Assembly: GCA_002633005.1 (NCBI GenBank)
Contig: NMRA01000022.1
Span: 176,056-240,055 of the forward strand
From: Phoronis australis
Taxonomy: Eukaryota > Animalia > Phoronida
Direction: 5' to 3'
Length of the DNA stretch: 64,000 nucleotides
Both the position numbers and the translations under genes were made by a program. Under the pieces are notes generated by a model. That model saw only the letters and a program-made list of their open reading frames with translations. It was not told where the DNA came from and did no database searches. Position 1 is the stretch's first letter, and every line of letters starts with the position of its first letter. This document shows positions 12,419 through 25,200 of this stretch, piece after piece.

Positions 12419-14517
12419 CTGGAGGACGAGTAAGTCGGTGAATTTTTATGATATTACTAGATATATGTTTTTAATGTCAAGTTGACATGCCCTGGCCGTC
12501 CATCCGTACAACCAGTCCCTACCTCAACTACCACAGGCCAATGACATATATCAGACAAACATTCATAAGATTCATTAATTAAGTCCACCTAATATCTTGT
12601 ACCGGCCAAACAAGGTGCACTCTTTGATGTGCATATCCCAAGAGACATAAAGACAAGATATAATTTGCGCGAATGTGAGTCAGCAAATTATTTTTTCCAG
12701 TATCAGGGTTCTCCACTTCGGTGAATTAAGAGGGAAGAACTATTCTATGTTAGGAAGGGCACTCATTCGTTACAGACATAGACAGTTGGGGCATTTAAAC
12801 ATTTTTGCAGGAATATTTGTCAATTGCACTTAATTCTAAATAATTTTTGTGTTTGATTTGTTAATCGACAATTTCCTGTGCTCTCCTTACCCTTTAATAC
12901 TGAACAGAGGTTTAGGTTACGGGACGATTCCACCAGGGGGCGTTTGTTTGACAGCTTATGATGTTATAGTCGGTATCATTTCCTATACTACATACTGAGT
13001 AATGACCCTTGGAACAAGCTAGTGCCTGTATACTCCTAGGTCATGAAGCCAGATTTAAGCGAAAAGTGTGCAGGTAAACATTTCCTGGCTAAACAAATTA
13101 AAAGAGGGCAGAAAAATTTAAAGAGGGTGCAAAGTCAACAGCTGAAATTAAAAAATGGCGCAACGTCCTGTTCTAACAGCCCACTCTTGGAGAATGCTAA
13201 CTATGACACAGATGGATAATTGAGCATGTTTGACATTTGACTAGTGGTAAGGAATAACAACCATTTGGGAGACACATTATGTAATAAAAGTAAAGGTGTG
13301 TAAAGGTAAGGGGGGGGGGGTACAATGCTTGAATTTTAGTAAAATCAGCAACAATGTACAACTGTGCCCTATATCCACACAGCATTGTGGGAAAATATTG
13401 CAAAATTAGAGAGGGCACTGCAGTGTAGATGTGCTCTGTGGTAACTGTCGTAATCACCAGTGTATCAAAATGATCTCCTATTCACCAAATTTGATAAGTA
13501 CAAAAGAAACTGATTTTTCCTCGACTGACACAAGACGGACGTGCTCAAATCAAACGCAGCAGAAGTAACTTTTGCTGATGACATAAAAATCGATGACACT
13601 CGACCAATTAAAATTAATGATGGACAGTCAGACAGCACAGAATCTATGAAATTACAACAAATCGGATCAAATCACAATAATCTGCAAACTAAAAAGCTAT
13701 CATCAGGGTAATGTAACTTTATCACCATTACCGTAATAAATCAATGTGTTACAAAATCAAAAATAAAACAGTAAGAACACTGCAGACCCACAAACTGTCA
13801 CCATCGAGAGACCACTATTACACAACAATTCACTGAAAAATCACAACAACAGGGATTCTGGAAATCTAGCATCATTGTTTTTTATCAGGAAATTGGGTTT
13901 CAGGTAGACAGACCCCTCCTGCAAGATTATGGCTCTAGTGAGAAAAGATAAATCATGAGCTGTTGCTTAGAGGATACTCGCACATTCAGTGGGTATACAT
14001 GAAAATGCCACTGACTCCAGTCAGGGTTTACTGTCTTGTATCCACCTTACACTATGCTAAGTTCATTGATCACCAGAATATTAAGTTACAGAAACCGCAT
14101 TCAGAAACCGCCACAGTAGGATTATATTTTGTTCAAGATGACCACGAAGGGGGTTACCATGTAGGCCCTAATGCTTACAGTGAGCTACTCAACACCTGTA
14201 TCTAATACTGTGATGAGTACCCATGGATTGTGGCATCATGTGACGCTGTCCACAAACAAATATAGCGAGATTTCACCAGACTTCAAGAAAGAGCTAATAA
14301 TGTCCAAGCCACAAATGACTCTAGACTAGGACTGCCAATGATTTTAATCTTTAATATTCGGCCAGGTATCGCGATTACAGTCAAAAGCGACAGAGACCAA
14401 GAAGCACGCGATGCTTTGAAGCTTCATGAATCGCCTTCCCATCAATACCCACTGTGGAATGCACACAGTATACGCCAGAAACAACCTAGCAAACTGGTGT
14501 GAAATTTCCCAATACTT

Positions 14518-14798
14518 GAGATCTGTTTCATGAACAGTTGTTCAAGACTTAATACAGAATTTGATCTCACGCTCCACACAGCTATATCTGAAAAATGATT
14601 AAATCTGACGAGAGCAAAAATGTAGTCTCTGAAAACATAAAAATAACTGCTATTTACTGATACAATTTCTATAAATTAGTTCTAAATTGCGATGTGCTCA
14701 TAAATATTTGACTAAAACTGTATTCAGTAATTGTTATATGGGAGCGTAAGACCAAATTTCTATCTCAAGTCTCAAGTCACTTTTCACGAAACAGAGCC
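14518..14798. mobile_element. MITE related to 10865-11130
   Basis: Inverted ends gagatctgtttcatgaa / ttcacgaaacagagcc, with similar length and composition. Confidence 0.45.
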
Positions 14799-14954
14799 CT
14801 GACAAGCAAATTTCCACATCATGACACTTGAATGTAACCTGTCTTCAATGGCTAGAGAATGACGACACAGTAACCTATCGTAATGTTAAAATGAAATCTT
14901 GCCGGATTACTTTCGACATGTATAGTACTTTTCCCGTTACATGAGGCCACTCAC

Positions 14955-15083
14955 TTGAAGTGGAGGTCTTTGAAGGTGAAGTGGGTCTCTACAATGCCGG
15001 TGGTCTTAACACGAGTCCTTAGAACGTCCTGCTCAGTGGGCACGTATCCAGACTGTGAGATACGGTCGAGAGCGTTGAGATAG
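14955..15083 (-). CDS. GNAI: G protein alpha-i subunit, exon 5
   Basis: 129 nt, cag/gtgagt. Encodes [43 protein letters not shown] (switch I). Confidence 0.97.
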
Positions 15084-15869
15084 CTGAAAGAACAATGGAC
15101 AACCATGCGACAAACACAGCACTCAATCGATTTCCTAAAGGTATTAGATTTTAAGGGGGATAAATGGAGACCATGCTTGTAACAAACTGCCCCAAAAATA
15201 GTTGCACAGATTGGTAACTTTCGGTTTTCAAAGGTTTACTACTCTGCTGCTTAATAGTTATTGTATGTTGAGATATTTGACGAAATGAAATTCAATTTGC
15301 ACGTCACATTGTGTCCGAAATTAAAATGTTTTTACAGTACAGCATCCTTCACTAATCCTAGGCGAGAACACAATCCATCAAAACACACACTCAGTGTAGG
15401 ACCCGTCCACGTTCCCACGTTCACAACTTGCATACCAAGTAGGTGTCCTGGCTCGCACAGCAGTTTTCAAAAAAGTAGATAACATCTCTTCCGTTAGAAA
15501 ATAATCAAAACTTTAAGGCAAAAAAATCTTGCTTATTTTAAAGTGATTCATCGCTTTTTCTAGGTTTTTATGAAACTTCAAACAAATTAGTCAACTTCAA
15601 AAGAAAACTTTTGCTGGCTGTGTACCAACACAGACTGCGGCCCACATTAGCAGTTTCACCAACATTTTAACTGAATTCATACCACTACCGTCATAATTGT
15701 ATGCACTTCATGTTTGGCTTAATTCCCAACCCATTGATTTCAATTTCTTTTTAGAATGCCCTTAATTTAAGACCCTGGGCTTTACAATAAATTGTTTCAT
15801 CAGTAATTTATTCTAGACACCACCTTAGCAAATGTTCCCATAGTAACCAAGAAATTGTTATTGGTTTAT

Positions 15870-16009
15870 TGGTTCAGACTATGGTAGCCATGCTACACTG
15901 GTTCAGACTATGTTAGCCATGGCATATTGGTTCAGACTACGGTAGCCATGGAACACTGATTCAAACTATGGTAGCCATGGTAAACTGGTTCAGACTACAG
16001 TAGACTTAC
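15870..16009. repeat. 29-bp minisatellite, about 4.8 copies, abutting the GNAI exon 4 donor
   Basis: Unit tggttcagactatggtagccatgnnacac at 15870, 15899, 15928, 15957 and 15986. Confidence 0.9.
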
Positions 16010-16167
16010 TACTCGGCTGAATCGTTGAGCTGGTATTCACGTGATCGGCTGAAGCACTCCTGCACCCCAGAGTCTTTCCATAGCCGCTTCATAACGGAGG
16101 CCAGCTCCGGAGAAAGCTCACCCTCATCAGCGGTACCGGCCAGTGCAAACAGCTGGCGCGCGTCCTC
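16010..16167 (-). CDS. GNAI: G protein alpha-i subunit, exon 4
   Basis: 158 nt, cag/gtaagt. Encodes [52 protein letters not shown]. Confidence 0.97.
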
Positions 16168-17708
16168 CTGAAACACCAAAGGTGGACAGTTAGTTACATA
16201 ATGCCACAGAAGTGAAGACAGATAATACGCCATGGATGGACAGTGATAATGCTGAACAAAAAGGAAAATTACTGGGTTTACTGTGTTGACTTTCCTGTTA
16301 TGTGTATTCTGATTGAGCTGCAAATCTCATTGGACTTGCCACTGTGCATATTGATAAGAGCTTCCTGCCATTAGCAAAGACTGTGTACTGGCTCATTTAG
16401 TTGATAGCAATGGTAATTGGCCTCCAACACTTGCAGAAACCATAGGTCTTTGCTGGCCTGACTTGTATAATGACTACCGGCACTACCGGCTGCCTCAACT
16501 AAAGATCTGACTTGCAAAACAATGTTTGTTTTATAAAAAAATATCGAAAGAAATGTTCCATACCAATTTACCTGCTTTTGATTTCCCCAAGGGTTTTCCT
16601 GTGTACACTTAACAAGTTTAGTCCACTGGTAATTTGTATGGCTTTAGTATGGTAATATCTTATCACTTTATTGAGGCACAATATGACTGACAAGTGATAT
16701 ATGTCATTTTCTCCTTTCTTCATAAATACGTAGCACCAAATGGGCATCTTTCTATGTTCAAACTCTGTATGACAGGTACCATAATACAATAATTTATGGA
16801 CACACGCAACAATGTTAGGAGGCTTTGAAGAATGAAAAAGGGCAATTTTGGCAATGTTTTTTCACAAATTGATGAAATTTTACAGTAAGCACCTCAATCT
16901 TGACCTTTTTAGTTTCATACCCCCACTTTCCACGCCACCCGATTGAATGGGGCAATGGATACCCAGTAGATGGTACTAACAAATACAGCCCCCTCTTTTT
17001 ACTACATGATCAGCATTTCATCAAAAAGAGATCACCCGTGGGCTATCGGAGGCGTGTATTCAAACAGGTAGGACTGATGTCTCACAAGCGCCACCTGGTG
17101 AATTTTGAGTCACCAAATAGCACTAACTGGGCCTTGAAAGCCTGGACAAGAGAAATTCAGTTCAAAAGTTCTGCCACTGGACCACTTCAGGGGCTACTGA
17201 TAGCGTTTTGATGAGCACACGGAGAGTGTCACAATGATATGTGACTAATTACTACACCAGAAGAGCCTCCTCAATAGTCCTCCGTAACAAATAACACAAT
17301 TAAGCAGCAACGTCATGGTTACCAGAAGTAGACTCATCATGTTTGAAGTGAATAATATCTCATCTCAGTAAGGGAGGCAGAGAGAAAATCAGACGAGAAA
17401 TATCGTTAAGGAAATATTTGTGATGATGAGCAAAAGACAATTTGTGGCAATCAATGGCACAAACCAACAGAAGTGAGTGAGACTATGGTAGCCTGATGTA
17501 ACCAATATTAATACAGCTAATACCTACGTAGGTTCACAAATTGCTAAATTTCATCAATAAAACCGTTGTGAAATAAGGAAATGTTTGCACTCAACAAAAC
17601 TGCAATACCAAATTCCACATGCCATGGCTGAGGAACACAAACTCGGAGAATCACGGGTTTGCAATTCATTGGGTAGGCTATAGACTTCTCAAAACCAGCA
17701 AAACTTAC

Positions 17709-17711
17709 CGT
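17709..17711 (-). CDS. GNAI: candidate alternative 3-nt microexon (ACG, Thr) of G-alpha-i
   Basis: Minus strand reads ttgttcttcttgatattgctacag|ACG|gtaagttt inside phase-0 intron 3. TGC at -8, AG-free zone of about 80 nt upstream. Confidence 0.55.
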
Positions 17712-17830
17712 CTGTAGCAATATCAAGAAGAACAATAGTAAATATATATATATATATTTAGACAATAAATCCCGTGTGAAAAAGGCGAAACGCCGCTCAT
17801 GGGCTGTAAACAGTAATTGCACAGATATCT

Positions 17831-17891
17831 GGTCCTCAGTAGCTCAGTGGTTAGAGCACTAGACCGGCAATCGATTCCCAGTTGGGGTTCC
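17831..17891 (+). repeat. tRNA-derived SINE head / tRNA pseudogene fragment
   Basis: A-box TAGCTCAGTGGTTAGAGCA and a truncated B-box remnant tcgattccc. The T-arm 5' half is deleted. Confidence 0.5.
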
Positions 17892-18080
17892 TGATTTTTA
17901 TGTGTTGATAAGATGAACAATGTTTGGGATAAAATAAGTTCCACGACCCTCTCCTTGCAATACATAGGTACACGGTCCACATTTAGACCCAAGTACCAAA
18001 CCAACAAATATTTTTATTTTACTAACACCAAGTATCTTATTTGTCTATGAAATTTATTTGTTTTTTGTTTATTTGTTCAC

Positions 18081-18384
18081 ATGCTTCAGATTGCATATCT
18101 TGTCAGACTGATATGAAATTTATACACAACTGTGTCTTATTAATTGTTTAATATATTTCCAAAGTTTTTCACACAAATTGAAATGCTTCAGATTGCATAT
18201 CTTGTCAGACTGATATGAAATTTATACACAACTTTGTCTTATTAATTGTTTAATATATTTCCAAAGTTTTTCACACAAATTGAAATGCTTCAGATTGCAT
18301 ATCTTGTCAGACTGATATGAAATTGATACACAACTGTGTCTTATTAATTGTTTAATATATTTCCAAAGTTTTTCACACAAATTG
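18081..18384. repeat. 102-bp tandem repeat, 3 near-identical copies
   Basis: Unit atgcttcagattgcatatcttgtcagactg... starts at 18081, 18183 and 18285. Confidence 0.95.
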
Positions 18385-20362
18385 CAGCTTTAGCAACAAG
18401 CATGCAGATTATCTTCATAAGATGCATTTCTTAAAATTACTTTTCTTGAGTTTTACATTAATTCTTTGTGTACTTTGTTTTATACAAACCTTAAAAACGG
18501 ATCAATTGCTCTACATCATGCCATAAAATATGATCATTGGTTTACTCAAATGTTTCACGAATACACACGCACCAAATTATTTAATTGAAGCCCAGATTTG
18601 CAAATACCCACATGGGCTCAAACGCACATTACGAAGATTTCTAGAGGCCAAGAAACCATAGTTGAGTATTGATATCATCACCCATTACTAGAAAATGCAC
18701 ATTGCCTGTCAGAAAGAACCAGTAATGGAACACAATCCAAACACTAATGGCAATACTTTCTTGAAGCACCTGTGTCCCCTGTATTAGTCATACAATGGGT
18801 GGCAACTTAACCAGCCAGTCCTGATTGGCCGAGGTGTTACCATGGACACCACCGAAGCTGGTAGTGCAACACTGCCAACAACTGAAGACAAGAATACAAA
18901 GCTAACTATACAAAAGCAAGGCCCAGCAAAGTGATGTTTTGAAGCTGATGACAGACTGCATATGACTAGATGTCATTATAACAAAAAGGTTGCAGGATAT
19001 TTAAAATGCAAAATTCTCAAAACAAATGCCAAGTTTATAGCTATACTACTATGTCCAGAAAAAAGGTCAAACCAAATAAGCAACTTCTCTAGAGTGAATG
19101 GTACATATGAAAGTTCTACATACAAAGCAAAGACTGACAATGTAAGCATTTGAAATGTTCCAGTGCCCTGCAGCTCAGAGGCTCCAAATAATGCATTACA
19201 GTACAGGATCTTAAAATTAACACATTATGGTGCAACAGTGAAATTTTATTCAATGAAAATTCTCAACAAGAGCAAACAATAAGACAGTTTTACTTCATCG
19301 TTTGAAAACTATAAATAGTACAGCTGTCATCAGCAAACACATAATGAAATTTTGAATTGTTTTTCGCAATTAAGTCAGCATTTTAAAAATGAAAAAATGA
19401 GAATGCTGTTCATTATTTCTGAATGAACTTTACCGTAGCAACCCTGCTGAACTAATCATACCTGGGTGGCAATAATTTTTGTTGTGCAAACTTCAAAGTC
19501 AATTTCACTACGCATCTGAATTGGAAATAAAATCTGGTGGCCCTTTCCCACTAACAACAGCGCTGTCTGGAGGAACCTGTCAGTGGGAAAGCTTTACCCT
19601 AATTTGGCTTTGGATGGAGCTTAATGGTGCGACTTTACTTCCCAGTTAACAATGGATTTAACAACGGGACGGGACGTAGACATGCAGTTACATTGAGAAC
19701 ACTTAGCTGCCATGTCACTGAAATTATCAACAAAATTCACTATTAATAACGACATCTGTTGTGTTACAAAATTACAAAATATTTTGATCAAATATTTACC
19801 ATTCAACAGTTATTAGTAGGGGATTTAACCCGTGGGAATAGGCCTTGGAACAAAGCAATTTAAACTTTTGCTTAAATTATTTGCAGTTTTCATGACATTT
19901 CCAGGTTGACTTGCAAACTGTGACTTGGCGCAAGTCGTTGAACAAAATGGGACTCGTTTAAGTGAAAAGGGTTTCTGTGGCCAGTACAAAGAAACAGCCT
20001 TGATCAACTAGGCACTCCGCTAAGTTTCCCACATCTCCTGTGTGTTTGTGTTTGTGTTTGTGTCTACTCACAAATGCTATGTTTTTCTACCATTTTATCC
20101 ACTACGAGCTCCTCTTTGACACGATGCCATTTTCTAAAGACTGGGTCTATATTTGAATGAAAATTAATAAGGACTTAGTCCCTACATTACGAGTGTTGCA
20201 AGAAAACAATCTCTATTGATTTTTCAATAATATTGACAAATTCGACATAGAGTTCGTTCTCAGTATGTATAAAGCCGCAAATAGACTTGGTAATCAAAAT
20301 AAACTTGTAATAAAATGACAATCAGTGTTTTCACAAGCCAACAAATGAGGCAAAAATTTAAG

Positions 20363-20435
20363 GAACAACGTGGAGTCCCTATTTGAGACTGTTTCACATG
20401 AACAATGTGGAGTCCCTATTTGAGACTGTTTCACA
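20363..20435. repeat. 37-bp tandem duplication
   Basis: gaacaa(c/t)gtggagtccctatttgagactgtttcaca occurs twice. Confidence 0.85.
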
Positions 20436-21011
20436 GCACTAAAACATTTGTGTGATGTTTGTTATAGGTTCCATTAAGGTCATTTTAACAACCGATCTTC
20501 ACCAACTGCCTAAAGTGCGAGACTTTTCACCAGTGTTTTCCTAGTAGCATAAGTGTGAGTCGTCTGAACATTTTTAAGTATTGCTCTCGCTGGCAGCTTG
20601 AGTTACCCCATAACTGCTGGAGTTTTTGCTGGCACTTTTGCACCCAGACCGCATACTTCAAAGGACACGCACCCACTCATGCATGCACAAGGGCAAGAGT
20701 CCCTTGTTCATCATCATGTTAATCAATTTATTAGAGGGCGAACGTGTTCCAATTCTTGCTCGACAGAAGTTCAGGTGGTGGGGAAACAATCACATTGTTG
20801 GCAAAAACATCCCGTGCACAGACAGCATATCTGAGTGGCTACACCGCTAGCACTGTGGTCTGTGAAACTTCTAGCATTTTCGCCTCTCGCGTGATCCTAG
20901 TGCAAGACTCTTCTAGGGTGAAGAATAAAGTAGCGACATCAGCCTAGCCATCGAACACTTCACCATTTGGCTCATCAGATGTGAAATCACAATAACAATG
21001 TTACACACATA

Positions 21012-22293
21012 CCGCAATCATTCGGGTTAACGCCCTGGGCGGTTAAATTGGCGAACCCAAAAAATCGGGGGAGGGCGGTTAAATCGAAAATCCACCTAAA
21101 GTAGGGGATGGGCGGTTAATCGAACATGGGCGCTTATTACGACAGTCAACCGCCCTGGGTGGTTAATCTTACCAGGCGATCTAAATCCCGACACGACACT
21201 CATACTCGGAACGCGTANNNNNNNNNNNNNNNNNNNNNNNNNNNNNNNNNNNNNNNNNNNNNNNNNNNNNNNNNNNNNNNNNNNNNNNNNNNNNNNNNNN
21301 NNNNNNNNNNNNNNNNNNNNNNNNNNNNNNNNNNNNNNNNNNNNNNNNNNNNNNNNNNNNNNNNNNNNNNNNNNNNNNNNNNNNNNNNNNNNNNNNNNNN
21401 NNNNNNNNNNNNNNNNNNNNNNNNNNNNNNNNNNNNNNNNNNNNNNNNNNNNNNNNNNNNNNNNNNNNNNNNNNNNNNNNNNNNNNNNNNNNNNNNNNNN
21501 NNNNNNNNNNNNNNNNNNNNNNNNNNNNNNNNNNNNNNNNNNNNNNNNNNNNNNNNNNNNNNNNNNNNNNNNNNNNNNNNNNNNNNNNNNNNNNNNNNNN
21601 NNNNNNNNNNNNNNNNNNNNNNNNNNNNNNNNNNNNNNNNNNNNNNNNNNNNNNNNNNNNNNNNNNNNNNNNNNNNNNNNNNNNNNNNNNNNNNNNNNNN
21701 NNNNNNNNNNNNNNNNNNNNNNNNNNNNNNNNNNNNNNNNNNNNNNNNNNNNNNNNNNNNNNNNNNNNNNNNNNNNNNNNNNNNNNNNNNNNNNNNNNNN
21801 NNNNNNNNNNNNNNNNNNNNNNNNNNNNNNNNNNNNNNNNNNNNNNNNNNNNNNNNNNNNNNNNNNNNNNNNNNNNNNNNNNNNNNNNNNNNNNNNNNTC
21901 TTAAACTTTGCAAACAAGGGAAGAAAATAAAGTGACAAAAAGGTTCAAGTATTTTGAAGTGAGTTCATGACCCAAGACAATAACTCTTTACCTGTATTGT
22001 GATTCAGATTGCTAAACCACCGTCTCGGAGTCCCGGCGTCGTTGCACTCATTGTGATCATCCATCTTTTTCTAAAAGTCGGGGAATCGCGCGTTTCCTTA
22101 GCACTAGGCGCTAAATCTTCATTCTTTAAAAGTCGGGGTGGGCGCTTAACCGAGAGGTGGGCGCTTAACTGGAACTCTTAAAAAATCGGGGGGGAGGGCG
22201 GTTAACCGAGCAGTGAGCAGTTAAATCGGAAATCCACTTAAAGTCGGGGATGGGCGGTTACCTGAACATGGGCGTTAACCCGAACGATTACGG
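21012..22293. mobile_element. Tc1/mariner-superfamily (Tc2/pogo-like) non-autonomous element spanning the assembly gap
   Basis: TA-flanked TIRs ccgcaatcattcgggttaacgccc / gggcgttaacccgaacgattacgg, with subterminal gggcggttaa repeats on both sides. Confidence 0.7.
21218..21898. other. assembly gap (N run)
   Basis: 681 N bases. Confidence 1.
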
Positions 22294-25200
22294 TAATAGC
22301 AACTACAACAACACGAAGATGATGGACAACACCTTGTCGACTCAGTGCATAGACACGACCGCATCATAAAATTATTACAAACTGAGAGAATTTCCATGTA
22401 AGCAGAAATGTTTGTCACGATGTCTGCCCAGGTATAAAATAAGTTGCTCATGAAATGTCCATCAGGCAACCATCAATTATAATTGTAAAACATTCAAAAC
22501 CAGACAGTAGAACACACTTCATAAAAAAGTTCAGAATGGGCCTAAATCTTACAATTTTGGAAGTTTTGTTTTGATTGACGATCCATGAGAAAATTGGCTT
22601 GATCATCTTAGCAATCATGGGCAGGAAATCACAAACAACAAAAATGTTTTTGTTGGAAAATATTTGCCATGTCAAATGCCACAATAAGCTAATTGCTCAA
22701 TGAAGTGTGCTCAGCCTCTCATGCTGCTCCTGTTCCATATTTCTGAGTTCGCAATCAGTTCTGGAGTTGTGACAAATTCCACTGACATACTTCTAAGGAA
22801 CAAACAACTAGACAAGAGTCAATGGAAAATCGATCACGGTAATTTTCTATAACAGCTCCTGTGAAGTGACTCACTGACATGTATCACAAACTGGCCTACG
22901 TGCCCAGGCTCAGTAGCATTCTTTTTTACAAGGACAACAACCAAAACAAAGAACTTTCCTTCACCTGAATACTTTTCACAAACACGAGTGGCCTTTTAAG
23001 TTTAGTTAAGTTTGCATGTTTGCTTTTTCCTGTTGAACGACACCATTGCTCACCTTAATCCAACAACATCTCAAAAAACAAGATTCAGTGACAAGATGGA
23101 GTCACTCCTAGATAGGTGGCCAAGTTTAGAAGTAGTGTCGATGCTACTTACACCGAGAGAACTTGGCAGATGTGTGACAACTTAACCCACTTTGTTGACA
23201 CTGGATAACTTGCCCAGCGCAGGTAATGTAGATACAAACCCGCTAACATGGTGGAAGTACCGGCAATTAGCAGCTGAGCCTTGCTCAGTTACACAAGAGT
23301 CTCAATTGTGCAGTGTTCACATTTGTCCCAAAGCGTAGTGTGTTGTGTGGAACTCAAGGACGAGTAGTTCTAGGTAAACTTGTGATGTGGACGAGACCCT
23401 ATGGAGTTGTTCTAGGTAAACTTGTAGACTTTATGAATGTAAACAACTTAGTGTGTATACGAGTACTTTAGGATGACCAGTGACCCTAGTTATGGCACGA
23501 CTACTAAGAATGATTTCCCAGGTGTGCTTGTTAGCAGACATGGCACATGACCTTGTTAGTGATTACTAGGTTCATCTTAGGCAATAACAACAGACTACAT
23601 GTCTTCTATGCCTCTTCAGAGATAGCAATTTCCTGAGTGGCAAACTGGAGATTAGAAGTTAAGCCACTAAGGTTAATTAGTTTTGGCCTGTTTTTTAGAA
23701 TTACTGCAGAGACGCTGTATTTTTAGTGGTGCATCTTTACAAAAAGAAGCTAATTGATATGAACTGACCTGGTGCAAGGCGTTTTCTTCCCCAACCGCAG
23801 ATGGGAGGGGGGGTTGAGACAGTACCACTTGTCATTAGAAACCATTCTTAATGAAAGTCATAAAAGATGTGGTTGTTGCTTGCAAGGGCATTTTTATACT
23901 TTAAACAGTAAGGTGGACCAAGTATGCCTCTAAATTCTTTGGCCTTACCAACACATCTCGGTACCAAGCCTACTTTGGCCGTATACCAATACACGACTCC
24001 AAACTAAAAAACTGGGACAGCTAGATCTAGGATGCTGCAAGGGACGATAATCATGTTAGAGACAATGTATCAGTGAAATGTTACAAAAATGGGACATATT
24101 CCGATGCTGTTGCAGGACACAAGATGGCGCTTCAAAAAGCAAGACAGTTCAGACAAAAACAGCGGAGCTAGCATCTATGAGTAACATTCATGGAGCAGAG
24201 AGACCCAGGCAGCACCACACTCGGCCCGATCAACTTACTACAATACCTCATCACACGTGAATGTAAAACGCAGATTAAGCAGAAAACAATAGGATTAGGA
24301 TGGCGATCAATGATACTTGCGTATTTGGTATGCTCTTACTATAGGCATAGCCTGACAATAGGCAAGTATTTAAATAATTTCATTCTACACCCGATCTAAG
24401 AGTTACTGACTTGAAGGCGTATTACGTGAGACTGTCCTTCCTATCTAAGCTTAAAGTTCAATACAACGCTAATTAGCTGAAGACGAAATTCCTAACTTCA
24501 AATAGGAATACGGTAAAAAGAGTACACAGGGATGTATGTTTTCATTGTTTCGTTGAATCGCTTTCAGTCCACCGTTATTAACAACTCCTCGCTTTAAAAT
24601 GCTAACAAGGGTTCCAGCCCTAAACATGAACCAGAATTGTTAGCTTTAAAAGAAAGATTACACAACATCAAAAGTATGGAAAACTTCCAACACAGAGTTC
24701 CAGGTTTGTGAGAAAGCACCAAATCCTACTTTACCCAGTCAAATATTACGCTCAAATGAACAGCAGTGTCACTAGCTGGTCAAAATGGCAAGCTGTCCAA
24801 AAAGGGTAATTTTCTTCCCTAGGAGTTTGTTTACTCACAGTATGATTACTTTCAAGCGAAATTTGATGTCAAAATGCATTCACAGTCTGCAATGACTTGA
24901 TACATTCATGTCACAATGTGTGTCTGTAATATAAGGGTCTCATATAAAAGTGCTAATGATAACACCAGCAGGTTTGTGGTAACTTAAACCGCCAGCAATA
25001 AGCCAACCCTTCACATTACTGGCGTTTTTGTATTCATGAAGGTGTTGGCAAAAGGCTAGAGTTTTAACCACTTTGTGAATGGAGTAAAAGGCTTTGCATG
25101 AATCTAGTAACAGCACACAGACGTCTTATTTTGCATCGTTGACAGCAACAAAGTTCAAGTTTCATATTATGAGAAGAGACAAATACAGAGTACAGTAAAA

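Noticed and set aside
17831-17891. Functional tRNA gene
   Set aside because: The variable loop and T-arm are deleted and no complete cloverleaf forms. Treated as a SINE or pseudogene fragment.
21096-21938. Long ORFs of 237-280 aa
   Set aside because: They are artefacts of translating the N gap.
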